Source of the DNA: Octopus sinensis
Taxonomy: Eukaryota
Direction of reading: 5' to 3'
Assembly: GCF_006345805.1 (NCBI RefSeq)
Contig: NW_021833852.1
Location: forward strand, 1-49,732
DNA length: 49,732 nt
Shown here: one piece after another, positions 12,790-25,620 of the stretch
Layout of the letters: each line of letters opens with the position of its first letter
Position numbering within the stretch: position 1 is the first letter of the stretch
Translations under genes and position numbers: made by a program
The notes under the pieces: generated by a model
What the model was told of the DNA's origin: nothing
What the model saw: only the letters and a program-made list of their open reading frames with translations
The model's database searches: none

Positions 12790-13100
12790 TAGTTGCAGAA
12801 AATTTATTTACCACCAAACAAACACTTTTGAGTCTAGCGCTACACGCCATTTCTAACGAATATCCTATCAATCAAAAAATCATAATTTGTGAAGACCTAA
12901 ATACAAAGGATTCAATTTGGCTCACCGGTCAAACCGCAGATCAAAGAGGTATACAACTATGGCCCAAAAGGAAGATCTCTTGATTTTGAACAACTCCCGC
13001 CTTTATATGAGATGCGGATTAAAACCAAATGATTAAAACACATCACCTGACTTTACACTATGTTCACCTACGATTTTATCTCGTACAATATCACGTCATA
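12790..13100 (+). mobile_element. Decayed APE-type endonuclease of a LINE
   Basis: KIIICEDLNTKDSIWLTGQTADQRGIQL...DLLILNNS...TSPDFTLCS matches the IIxGDFNAxxxxW...NxRG...LxILN...SxPDLTL pattern. Confidence 0.6.
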
Positions 13101-13951
13101 AATAGTAATCTACGGCCTTCCATCTGACTAGTAATAGGTTCTAATCAATATCGACCTCCTCTCTCCAAGGGACAACAACTGTAAATCAATTATTAACTAC
13201 AAACGAGCATGATGGGCTGCCTATCAAATGGAAACAGAAAGTGCACTACAAAACCTTTAAGTAAAACGCACCTCCCCTTATCAATTAATTCGAATCATTG
13301 CTAAGCAGGAAAATCCGTTTACACCTATCAAGAGTTCGCATAGGGCATCAAGATGACTTCATGCTCTAAGCCACCTCAAGAAATATCAAGGAATTCCGGG
13401 CTACAATACCATTAAGAAAAATACTGTAACCGTGACAGACGGTGAAGATAACCTAGAAAGTGTGCATAATATTGCTGAATCAACAGAGCTAGACGGTAAA
13501 GACATTCCCGAAACATGTAATAAAACTTTATTATTTTACAAAAGGTGAGTACAAATTTGATTTTCTTTTGGTAGACCTGACTTCTGTTTATTATAAAAGG
13601 ATGAATAAAAAGATTCTAATAATTAAAAAACAAGAAATATCGCTAGAAATGGTCTCTTGACAAAAGGACCGAGAACGATCCCTCCAAATAAAAAATCAGT
13701 AGAGCAGTTTCTTAGTAGGAAGAGTCCATTGTGGCTATCAACACAGGCTAACTTTTATAAAAGAGGTAGAATTCGGGCACCATTGCTTTTATGTCAGGCT
13801 CACGTTTCACTCAGATGGGCTATCGGAGTAACTCAGATTTATCCAACACAATATATTAATTTTTGACCTTATAAAATTATATTATTTTTTATCTTAATAA
13901 TTTAAATATTTAATATATTTAAAACTGATATAGAGTCGGTGTGGAATTTTT

Positions 13952-16900
13952 ATGATGGAATCTCGCGAGGCTCGTAAACTCAATGAAATTATTTGTATTT
14001 ATTTTCGATCTTTATTATTTTAGATGATTTTATAAATAACAAATTTAAAAGGGTTATCAATGAAACTCAAAAATTCATATCTGAATTTCGCTACAATTTA
14101 AAGGCTAAAGTAAGAATTACTGATTTTAAAATATTTTAGGCTATAAGAGGGTTTACATTTTATAAAATAGGAAAAAGAGCTGAAGGGATGAAATTAATAA
14201 CTTTTGTTCACCAACATTTCTCTAATGAAGAACAACTTTATCGAATTATGATTGACAATTATAAATATATTCAAAGATGTAAAAAATCAAAAATAAAGTT
14301 CTTAGATGATTTAATTTTTGAATACACAAACAAAATTTTAGAAAATGGAGTTGATTCCGAGAGTCAGTACTTAGCTATATTATTCTCTTATGTTTCTCAT
14401 TATCTTTGGTCTGGTATTTTGCCAGACTGTGGAGCTCTGCTGAGTCAAATGTATAAAAAGTGGCCAAATAATTTATACAACTCTTGGAAGCTTGTATTTA
14501 TTTATTTTCAAGTAATCTGTTTATTTATATTAACAGGCCATTGATTGTATCGATTTGTCGAAAAGCGCAAAACTTTCTACACTTTGTGTTAAAATGGCTG
14601 AAAGAGATAAAAATATTTCCTTTGCCTCTGAAATAATTTGGAATATTCTTAAATTTCAAAATAATTATTTAGAAATGGCGAACCATATCGGTTTATATTT
14701 TTAGTATTTGATTTTAAAGAAACGAGAAAAATTGACCAGAGGCTAACTCGCTGTAAAATTTACCGGGAACTCAAAAAGTGGGAAGAACTACAAAATCTTT
14801 GCGAATCTGCTTTGATCCAAAGGTTGTTTAATAAATTTACACAGTGTGGACGATATGGATATTATTCGTTATTATTTTGAGAGTCTATCAGCTCTATGGA
14901 CCGACAATAAGTATTTTATTTGTTTTAAAAGTAGCGGGCTCGTGGATGTATCGAACGTGGATTTAGAATCGTCCAAACTTCAAAATAGACTGTTTGATCT
15001 ACACGGAAAATCAAAAACCGGCAATTTTTTTGGTTCTTAATTAATAGGATTACTGTTATGGAAGTTGGAATTATTTCGGGCATGTCCTACAATTTTTTGT
15101 AAAGATATTTGCTACTCTATAATGGTTGAGTATTTCCGTGTATTGGGTCATCAAAGACCTTCATGTTGGGCTGATTTGAATTATTATGTGTCGCATTTTG
15201 AATTGGATTGTCTCGATTCTGTTTTAACTTGTTTATATTATTAATAGGTCTATGAAATATTTGATACTAGTGATAAATATGCTCTGTTTCTATGTGATGA
15301 TTGTTTTGTATAAAATTGAAATGCTGATGTTTTTAGTCATATAATGCAGTGAAATTTCAATATGTGACTGGAAGATATTACAATGAGGATTCACTAGAAT
15401 TTGCTCTCAATATTATTAAACTCTCATTGAAGAAAGGTGGATTTGTTTGATAATTATTTAAGAAATATATTTGGAAATTGGATTGGCATTGATGCTTGAC
15501 ATTGTTGAATCCACTGGTTTTATCGGTTTTAGAGTGTAGATGTGATGAATCAATATCATATTAATATATTGTTGGCATTAAGAATTCTATGTATTTATGC
15601 CACAAGAAATTTTCCATTAAACTATAAATTTTGGTTTTTTGTTCTTCGTGTTTATAACATGATTGGTTTGACATGTAGAATATTTTATAAATAGGATTCC
15701 CATTTTATCATGAATGTATTTATAAAAAACTTGAAATAAAAAATCTTCAATTTGAAAGTATCGGGTAATCTATTTTATCCAATAAATTATATTTAATAGA
15801 TTTCATTTTATAAATTTGATTTTACTTGAGGGTTGTTCTTCATCTTTATTCTCAAAATTTAATACATTTTACGCCAGCACATTAAACCAGGTTAGTATAA
15901 TAATTTATCTTTCAATAGACTGCTGAAATTTTTATTTTATCTTTGAAAAATCTTCATTTTAATAACGTTTATATTATCCAAATTTATTTGTAGCTTCCAG
16001 AGGCGGTCGAACTTTGTAAATCTGTATCCAAATCACAACAGGGAGCTTTGATATTCACAGAATCCTATTTTTGCAATATTTTTGATTCGCTGACAACGTA
16101 AGAATTATTTCAACTAATTTTAGATTTTTTAACTTTAAGTCAATACTTCCTGATTTGTATTATTTTGGAACATCTTTGAAATATTCTTATAGTGATTTAT
16201 TCACAAATAATCGCGACTATTTTTCGTTCGAATTGATTTCTAATAGATCTCGGTATTGATCTGGATTTATATTTTAGTAAATTTATAGAGAAAGTATCCA
16301 TATTGTCAATTAATGAGCAAGTTGGTCGTATTTGTATATTGTAGGAAATTTATCTTCGATTCCGCATTCTGCTAAGTTGTCTAATGAGGGAATTAATCAC
16401 TTTTTCTATTCCCGAGTTTTGTTTGCTTTCTCGTGACAAATATTTGGATAAATGTTGTGAATTTTCATATCTGATTTATCAATATTTTGTTGATTGCCCT
16501 CCACAAGAACAATTCGAAAAATTGAATGTATTTAATTAATTAAGTAGATCTTAACAAATGTAGAGTTCTTATTTTGTTGAAAGTCCATATCGACATTACC
16601 ATTATTATAAATTCGGAGAAATAATTCATTCTCTTGTAGCAATACTTTTTTCAGTTTATTCAAACGAATTCAAATCAGGTTTATATTTTTATATTATATT
16701 TATAGATTCTTTTATTTCTGCATGTGATGATTTAAAACTCCTGATAGGTTATTATTAACATTCCAATTTATATTAGGAAAAATAAATGAAAGAAATACAA
16801 CACTTGTAGATGTGTTCCCATTATCAAAGTCTCTGCTTAATGTTCAAATTCAAGTAGTAATTAATAATATATATTATTTAAGATATTCAAAGTTATATCA

Positions 16901-17323
16901 ATGTTTCTTGCAGTTATTGTCAGAATTGAGGAGATTAAGCACAATTCCGAAAGAAAAATAAAAGTAATTCATTGTTATTATTATCAGTTTCCTTTATGTT
17001 TAAATTCAGTTTTTGAACAAGTGAAATCAGTTTGTACATTTCTTTACAATCAATGTACTTCGAATTCGACCACAGACGGATATTTGACTAACTCGTACAG
17101 TATATTATCTCACTTTGACATCATTGAATATATGAATGTATTTTTATGCTAATTTATTTAGTTTACTGATTGTGATGATGTAAAAAATGCTGCCTGTTTT
17201 AGAAATTTACAGAAAAATATTGTAGAAGAAGAAAAGGAGTTTGTAAATAATTTATTCGACAATAAACGGGCTGATTTATATCGGCTAATTAAATTTGTGG
17301 AGTCATTATCTGTATCAATTTAG
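13952..17323 (+). CDS. NAA25: NatB auxiliary subunit (NAA25/MDM20), about 20 micro-introns
   Basis: ARKLNEIIYDFINNKFK...AKAIRGFTFYKIGKRAEG, MYKKWPNNLYNSW, LKKWEELQNLCESAL...DDMDIIRYYFES, VEYFRVLGHQRPSCWADL, PLNYKFWFFVLRVYNMIG, KKLEIKNLQFESIG, all colinear with NAA25. The 3' exons and the stop (TAG 17321-17323) are less certain. One frameshift at the T run 15594-15596. Confidence 0.85.
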
Positions 17324-17770
17324 TGATTATCATTCCCTGTATTTTATTTCCTATTATCACTTCTTTTAATTAATGATTGTTTCACAATAATATTTTCTTG
17401 TTTTCTTATGTAATCTATAACAGTTCCAAAAGCTTAATGTGGTATCTGTAATTAACGTCTCTGTCCTGGGAAGGAACAGAAATGATTTCACTTCACTGTT
17501 ATTTTACAAAATTGCTATTACTAATACTTTGTCAGAGAATAAATGTCTTTGCTGTTATTTCATCTATTTAACCGTGGATCACGTGACTTTTGTTTTGACT
17601 CTTACTGTGGTCTTGGCGGTTAAATAAATAAACCATTGCATAATCGAAATAAATTGTTTTAAAAATAGAGAAGCCTCATACTAAAAAGATTAACGAAGAA
17701 CAATCAAATATTTAATCAATATTAAATAAGATAAACATTACTAATCAAAAAAGAAGCACATATTCACTGT

Positions 17771-18058
17771 CGAATCTCACTGCTATCATTCCGGCCGAAG
17801 GTTCCATGCATATTACATGCACCCTGGATTGACGAGTGACGCCGTCATCAGTGATTTCACTGCGGAACCGGATGTCTACATCAGCCACAGCACGAGAGAA
17901 AAATAGATGCGGGGGGACAGCTCGTTTGGATTCGTTCGTTTGGATTAGTTAGTTCCTAATAACATGTTCTCTCTTTCTATCTTGATCTTATGTGGCTGGC
18001 CAGTGCGAGATTTCACATTAAGTTGCGATCTCGCGGAACGGCTGTATTGATTATTATT
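17771..18058 (+). mobile_element. 5'-truncated retroposon (LINE 3' end or SINE-like) with (TAT)n tail
   Basis: 11-bp TSD atattcactgt at 17760-17770 and 18059-18069. GC-richer body, 3' stem GCGAGAT...ATCTCGC (~18005-18034), tail tgattattattat. Confidence 0.7.
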
Positions 18059-19344
18059 ATATTCACTGTTATTTTACCCATTTTCTAACATTGAGGATTA
18101 AAACCCTCCGATAAAAATCCTTATTTATATGTATTTTCAATAATACTAAAAAATATACTAAACGAGTTTAAACATAGATTTCAAGAAAATTACAATATTA
18201 TGCAGTTTCTTTGCTTTCCCCTTATTGAAAAAGACATCGAAAATGTTTCAGAAATTTTTTATTTAACTGAATTAATTTATATGATAGTTTTTTAATAGTT
18301 TTTATTATTTTGATTCATTTTATATCTTAAGCCATCTGTAAAAAAAATAACAAAATACAATATACCTAGTTTATAAAATCTCAATAATGTATAAATCATA
18401 ACATAAACATAACTAAGAATAAAATCTTTAGATCATCGGTCTCATATAAAAATATAATTTTTTCCAAACGGCTTGAACACCAGTTGACTGTCATTGCAAC
18501 AAAAATGTAAAAGATTCCTTTCCATTTATCTATAAAGGAATATTTTTATAAACGACTATTTCGACTTTTTTTATTGTATGACACGAGTCAAAATTAAAAT
18601 ATTGAATAACATGAGAGTAAATACAGATTTCTGAAAAAATATTATTTATGATATAAAAGCACCTGGATTCCATATAACTTAGCTGTGATCATCTAAAAGC
18701 GAGAAAACTTTAATTTTAATAATTTGGCATTGATGGATTTCTCTATTCGACATTGATGAATTACTATTAGTACATAGTTTTTTGCGCAAATTCACTTCAT
18801 TAAAAAGTTCAGCTACAAAAATAATTGCTAAACTAATACCATTTACAAATTTATACTTAGGATTTACAAAGTTGGTAATGTTTCAAAGGTTTACTTATAA
18901 ATTTATATTAGGAAGTTTAAATGCATAGTGAATCAAATCAATTTTGTTTTTATAAGATTCTTCCATCTTGAAGCTTTCATTTTTTGATTTTGAAGCGAAT
19001 CTCGATTTCAGAGATCAGCAATTTAAAATGTTTTTTTGGAAATATGCTGTTTAAAACGGATATTATACATATGGGGTTTGACTTTAGGCTTCTCTTTATA
19101 GGAACGTATCAAAAATTCATGTTTTTTTCACGTGCATGGTCCTTAACGTCTTCTCAAGAACGACCAACTAGATATATGCTTTGGTTATTTATTTTATGAG
19201 AGTCTAGGTCACTTTTGTAGTAATCTATGACAATTCCGTTTCATGTTAGCACAACTGTGGTTTTTTGCGCGATAAACATGATGAGTAAATTGCATTCCCA
19301 TACATCCCCCACAAAGACGATCTTTTTTAAAAAATATGCTAATC

Positions 19345-21313
19345 CAACATCCGTTTTAAACAGTCGATCATCAACACTGCGGCAGAAAACATCTGTCCAT
19401 CAAAAAATCTGACTCTAAATGCGATTGGCTATCAGAAGATACTATTAAAATTGCCCTCTGTCGTAGAGAAGCAAAGGCTACTGGCAGGAAAAAGGATGTC
19501 GTCTCTTTAAATGCCAAATTCCGTCATGCAGTCAGGAAGAACAAAAATGAGTACTGGCAAAAGTGTTGCACTCAGTTGGAGAATGACTTTAAGAAAGGGC
19601 ATTTCAGAATGCTTTTACACAAGTGAGAAAATCACATACTCCTTTTACTGCTCGGAAAGGAAAAGTCAACGACAGGGATGGCAGAGAGTTATTCAGCAGT
19701 CACAGCATCCGAAACAGATGGAGGGAGTTCGTGGAAGAACTTTATTCTCCTGAATACAAAACTTCAGCACCTCATCATGGATCGCTCATTATTTTTCCGA
19801 ACCCCGAAGATGATATCCGAGAAAGTGATGTTACATGGGCCGTGAATGAATTGCCTTGCAACAAGGCGCCTGGGCGGACGATATTTCAAGCGAGATGCTT
19901 AAGGCCATTCCTTTATCAGCAATCACAACTCTTTGCAAGAATATTTGGAAAACTGGTATTTGGCCTTCTGATTGGAAGAATATTTATTCTGTTGCCTAAA
20001 ATGGGCGACAGCAAAGTCTGCTCGAATTACCGCACAATTGCTCTCATATCTCATGTTAGCAAAATACTCCTGACGATAATAAAACAACGTCTATCTCCAA
20101 TCTCAGAAAAGATTCTTTCAAATTATCAAGCTGGTTTTAGACGTGGTCGTGGTACGAGAGATCACATCTCCAGCCTTCGATGGATTTTGGAAAAATCCCG
20201 TGAATCCCAGAAGCCTCTTTTCATGTGTTTCATTGACTATCGCAAGGCTTTTGATTGCGTATCTCACGTGAAACTTTGGTCAGTCCTGGAAGAATTTGGA
20301 ATTCCTCATCATCTCATATCGATAATAAAATCTCTTTATACTGACCAAGAGGGTTTTGTGCGGACTCCTTATGGAGACACAGACTGTTTCGGTATTGGGA
20401 GGGGCGTCCGACAAGGCTGTATTCTATCCCCGCTACTGTTTAATATTTACACGAAGAAAGTCATGGAGGTGTTGAATTGCGAAAATGATATCGGAATCAA
20501 GATTGGTGGCCTCAACATAAATAATCTCCGTTATGCAGATGATACTACTTTGCTGTCTGAAACAGAGGATGGCTTGAGGCAATTAATTACGAGAGTCAAA
20601 GACAACAGTGCCTCTTTTGGCCTATTCCTAAATGTGAAAAAAACCAAAATAATGACAACTTCACTGTCTGGAAAAATTAGTGTCATCGTCGACGACGAAG
20701 AATAGAACATGTTGAAAGTTATATCTTTCTTGGAAGTCTGATAACCAGAGATGGTGGCTGTGTCTCAGAAATTAATAGACGGATGGCTATGCAAGAGTAC
20801 GATGATAAAACTGAATCGGATCTGGAGTAGCAAGGATGTTTCTCTCAAGACAAAGATAGGACTAGTCAACGCGATTGTGTTTCCCGTTTTTCTCTATGGC
20901 TGTGAATCTTGGACACTGTCCAAAGCTCACAGCAAAAGAGTGGACTCACTGGAATTATGGTGCTGGCGCAAACTTTTGAACACAAATTGGTACGACAAAG
21001 TGTCAAATGTCGTTGTTCTCGAAAGGATTAAACCTACACTGTCGCTTGTGGCGAAAGTTTGGAAGCAACAATTATCATATTTGGGGCACGTGCTTCGGGA
21101 GTATGGTATAGGAAAAGAAATCCTGCTGTCTTCGTTCGCTGGAAAAAGGAAGCAGGGTAGACCGAAACTAAACTGGACATCTGAAGTAGTGAAACTTACC
21201 GGACATCATTTGTCGGAAATAGCAGAGCTGGTGGGGGATAGAGTTTCGTGGAGGGACCTGTCTTACAGAATCGCCAATGGTCGGAATCGGCTGAATATGG
21301 CTTAACTTAACTT
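19345..21313 (+). mobile_element. RTE-clade non-LTR retrotransposon, 5'-truncated, RT region nearly intact
   Basis: 10-bp TSD tatgctaatc (19335-19344; 21314-21323), (CTTAA)n tail. Motifs NYRTIALISHVSKIL, QAGFRRGRGTRDHI, FIDYRKAFDCV, GVRQGCILSPLLFNIY, LRYADD, YGCESW, GRPKLNW. A few single-base frameshifts. Confidence 0.95.
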
Positions 21314-21600
21314 TATGCTAATCTAATTTTCCATCGATTAAACTTTCAAGATTTAAGAGATCGTCACCCTCCCTCAGAGATTTTTTGATAAGCGGAGATT
21401 TTAGGAAGATTGATACGTGGACGACTACAAAAACCTACTTCCGATGTCATGAAATAGTTGTACATCAATAAATAATTGCATTATAGATTTCACTTTTTTT
21501 GTTAAAATTCTTATATAATATTATTCTGTTTAACAAACACATTAGAAAATTATAGAATTTTGTAATTAATATTGTGGTTTATTTCTTTCTTGCAGTTTTG

Positions 21601-23095
21601 ATGGCTTTAAAACCAGGAGACACCGTAAAAATAATATCGCCATTTGTACATGTTTTGAATATAAATTGTTTGTCTATACGTTGTTCATGGTGCTTTTCGA
21701 TGAACGAGTTTTTATATTATATTAAAATAATAGAAAATTAAAAAGATGCACAGGATGTAATGCCGTTAGATTTTGCAATATAGAATGCCAGGTTAAAAGT
21801 TGCTGATTTAATTAAATTAGAGAAAAGCCTGGACTGTGCACAAATACGAATGTCCAAGACTTAAACTAGGATATGTTCCTCTTGATATAATTAGATTGTA
21901 TTTTCATCTCATTGTGAAGGTTGAAACTTTTGACTTATTATAGTTACATTTATGCCTTTTTCACATTCCCGACAAAATAACAGGAAAAAGCTTTGAAGAT
22001 ATGCATATGGGTATCGACTCTAATGCACAATTTAAGATTGTGATGAAAAACTAATGAAAAATTGCTCCCATTTTTATTGAGGCTTACAAATATTGCCACA
22101 CGTATGTTGAATTGCCCCCATCCGCATTTGGTTTTGAAATATTCACAAAAATGCAAGCCTCCGCAGTATACATTAAACATGAAAGTGGAACAATTATTGG
22201 AGTCGGGGTTTATTTATAGTATTGTTATCACGTCATAATTTAGCCAATTTGAACAATCCTGTGTCCCGAATTCTATATATCGGTACAGTGGAATCAATCT
22301 AGTTTTGGCCGCTGTCAAATTTATTTCAATTTCCGAAGTTTTAATTTCAGAATTCATTTATTTAGGAAATTACTGTTTGTCATATTGATCAGTGTAGGAA
22401 TAGAGCTGCTAGACAAAAGGCTCTTTTGGATTTCGGTATTATTTGTAAGTGTCCACGGTGTTTGGATGATTCTTTTGAGGCGCGTATAACATCCACAAAC
22501 TGTGTTTTATGCTCCACAGGAAAAGTTGACGATTCTAACAAATGTGATAATTGTCTAAACATGGTTGACGATGATTATGTCAAAAAACGAGCTCAAATGA
22601 TTTTGGAATTCACAGATTTGATTTATATTTTGTCTATTTTAATATTCGAATAATTTATTAGTGAGAATAACCGTGGTTCGATGAAAATGTTAAAAAAAAT
22701 TAATTTCACTTTAAATAATGGAAAAGACATATCCCAAAGACAAACATTTTATATATTCAATTAAACTATCTCAAGGCCATTATGATGTTGGGGTTACAAG
22801 AATATTCAAAATTCTTAGATTCTATTGAACCCATTTTCCCCGACCTTCAGTAATAAGAAATTTATTATTTGTAGAATGATGTATGGGCTTTCGAATAGCA
22901 CATCTTTTATTGGAAGCGAAATACTAAAATGCAAAATATTGTTAAAGAAGAAAGTTTCTCCTATATTTTATAATCAGGTTTTTCCCGACTTTAGGATCAT
23001 GGAAATAGTTATTAGAAATGACCTCTATCACTTATGGAGAAGACAGTGAATGTTATAAATTGATGATTAGCTATAAAAATTTAATTAATAACTAA
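21601..23095 (+). CDS. SET and MYND domain protein (SMYD2/3-like), catalytic motifs degenerate
   Basis: MYND finger RCSWC...KRCTGCNAVRFCNIECQRKAWTVHKYEC; SET IGVGVY...SCVPN; post-SET CKCPRC; C-terminal TPR-like region ending TYGEDSECYKLM. One frameshift at the A run 21863-21866. The true start may lie in an upstream exon. Confidence 0.9.
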
Positions 23096-23235
23096 AACTA
23101 ACATCTTCATTATTGGTTTCTAATTAACAATAAACTAACAAGTAAATAAAAATATTTTCTGGTTAAATTATTTTAACTTGTTATTAAAATAATATTTATG
23201 AAATAAACTTTTGATTCCAATTATAACGATTTTGC

Positions 23236-24802
23236 ATGTTTGTTGTTGTGGTCATTATTGCCTTATTTAAAGTATCACTAGAAAATGTAATTGTTCAATC
23301 ATAACCACATAATATTAATAGTCTAAAAACAGTGTTGCCCTAATAAACAACGCTAATGAAAATAACAAAACAGAAATAACCAGCGAAACATATTTAAAGA
23401 AATTTTCTGATTGGAAAGCTCATGACAATCCGTCAAATGTCACAAATAACCACCCAAATAGTAAAAATATTAACTTATTAATACTCAGGCGGGACTAATG
23501 GGCATTTAAGTGGGTTAAAAGACGATATAATCAATAAAAACTACGCTTCACATTCTTGTGGGGCTAAAGTACTCGAAACGAACTCTGAGTGTCATAATTC
23601 ACAGGCAATTCTATCAGATGATAAAGATTTTTATACAAATAATCCATGTGAGGCTAAAAAATGGTTTTTTAATATATTTAATTATTTTTTTAGGTTTGTG
23701 ATCAAGCTGTGTGACTCCATCGATGTAACATCTGTCAAATTTGCGAATTTAGAACTATTTTCGTCACATCCAAAATATATTAGGCTATCCACAACAAAAA
23801 AGTAATTTTATTACATTATTTAAATTAGTTATCCACCTACTGACGGGTGGAGGACATTTGCAGAGTTATCAGTCCCTCCACCCGAATCTCCAAAGGCTAG
23901 TGAATGGCAATTTTTGATCGAAAGTGACCTTTTAATCCGATTTATCCGAATTGACTATGTCGAACATGAAGGAAAGCATCATTTCTGCCCTCTGACTTAT
24001 TTTCGGTTTGTTACAAATTATATTTTAGGTTCTATGGACTGACAGAAGAGGAGTTGCTTTTTATGTACACAAATAATCATGATTCCGTTACACACCTCCT
24101 GTCCCAGAAATCACGGAAATTGATTCCCTTGATGGTTTTCTATCAAATTTGAAGTTCAGGATATTGTTTGGGTGGAATAAATCTGATAACTTGGAGTTTG
24201 TTTATGGAAGATCAAGTTTTTTGTCCAGTCGACGACTTTAAGCATTCTGCGAAAGATAAAAATGATTCGAAAGTGGGATTATCAGGCTTAGTGGACGAGG
24301 AAAAGAAACGAAATGAAAATTCCACGTCCACTTCCCAGCAAAAGGAAATGGCTTCCCTTTTGAAATTAAGCGGAAATATTAAAGATTTACAAAAATCTGC
24401 AATTTTAAGCGAAAAGTATTTATAAATTATATTTTTAAGATATTTGGATGAAATGAGTCTATATTATAATCGGAAGATATGTGAGTTGAATGCTAGACTG
24501 GATACTCTGGCTAACGAAAATACAATGACAATGAATAAAGTAGTTTTGTTAGTTTAAAATTGGATAAGGTTCGATTTTTGCACAATCATTTGTATTTGTT
24601 GCAAAAAAGATTGTTTGAATTGGAGAGTAATGTTTCATACTATACAAGATTGACCGATGATTTGGAACGAAATGTATATATTGAGAATTATTTGTAGTCG
24701 CGGAAGCAAGATCGTGTTATTGTGCTTGTTGTCATATCTGTTGTGGCTGTTTGGGCATTTATTATTCTTTACAGACATGAAAGTATAATTTATTGGTTTT
24801 AA
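23236..24802 (+). CDS. SUCO: SUN domain-containing ossification factor (SUCO/Slp1)
   Basis: Signal peptide, then KNYASHSCGAKVL...NPCEAKKWFVIKLCD...ANLELFSSHPK...HFCPLT; coiled coil LSEKYLDEMSLYY; C-terminal TM segment VIVLVVISVVAVWAFIIL. Frame is unresolved around 24085-24225. Confidence 0.85.
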
Positions 24803-25094
24803 TGAGGCTAGAGAAGGTCATTTAGTACATTGGGATGAGTGATGCTTTTGAATGCTTGTGAACTATTTATTTGTTTATTTATTGAATAAACGACTTATTG
24901 ATTTTTTTGTTAAAATATTATAGAATAATCGAAATAGTGTTTTACGTTTTATGATCCGCAAAACTAGGAACCCTTTTAAAGATAATAGTTTAAATTTTTT
25001 GCAGATTTTTGTAAATTTTTAATTTTTTGTAAAAAAATTGACAAAGTGATAACAGAAAAGTAACTCAAACGATAGTTAAGAGCCTAAGTGTCAG

Positions 25095-25620
25095 CTTAAT
25101 GACTCTGCATGTTAAGTGGCAGGTTTGTGGACCTTAGCGACTGAGATTTGCGGAAAAAGTCAGCTAGTCTCCTTCCGGTCGCTATTTTGCGTCAAAATTT
25201 TCTCAGCAAATGTCAGAAAGAAGTTGAATCACACCCTTGTTGAGAATTCCAAAGATTTCAAAAACAATGGAAATAAACTTTAGAGAGTCCAAAATGCAGC
25301 CCTATTTTGTCTTTTTGACTCCTTCAGTCTGAATACTAGCGGAACTCTGGTTGTTAACTATCTCTGGTATAAGCATTGCAGAAAACAAGTCAACACAGGT
25401 GGCTTTCGAAATCAGAGATTTGCCTTCTTTAAAAAAAATAGTCATCCCGTCGGAACACTTTCCGTCTTTCTGGCAGAGACCAACTGACTATAGAGTGGAA
25501 GGAAAACCTGCTGAATCTAAAGCTCTTTTGACGACTTCGTTAAGTTGAGTGTGACAAAGAATTCTAGCAACATTTTTCTTTCACGACAAGGCGTACAATC
25601 CGTTCGACGAAATTGATATT
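25095..25620 (-). mobile_element. Decayed CRE-clade retrotransposon 3' (RLE) fragment
   Basis: HTQLNEVVKRALDSAGFPSTL*SVGLCQKDGKCSDGMTIFFKEGKSLISKATCVD aligns with the RLE of the 40-45 kb element ([40 protein letters not shown]...WDSTCVD). May extend to about 26050. Confidence 0.75.

Larger units (their letters stand above)
17330..21480 (-). pseudogene. Unidentified spliced gene or pseudogene interrupted by two retroposon insertions
   Basis: Minus strand shows micro-intron-like blocks (e.g. gtattagtttagcaattatttttgtag, 27 nt, near 18813-18839) between open exon-like stretches, but with several stops. No family recognised. Confidence 0.35.
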
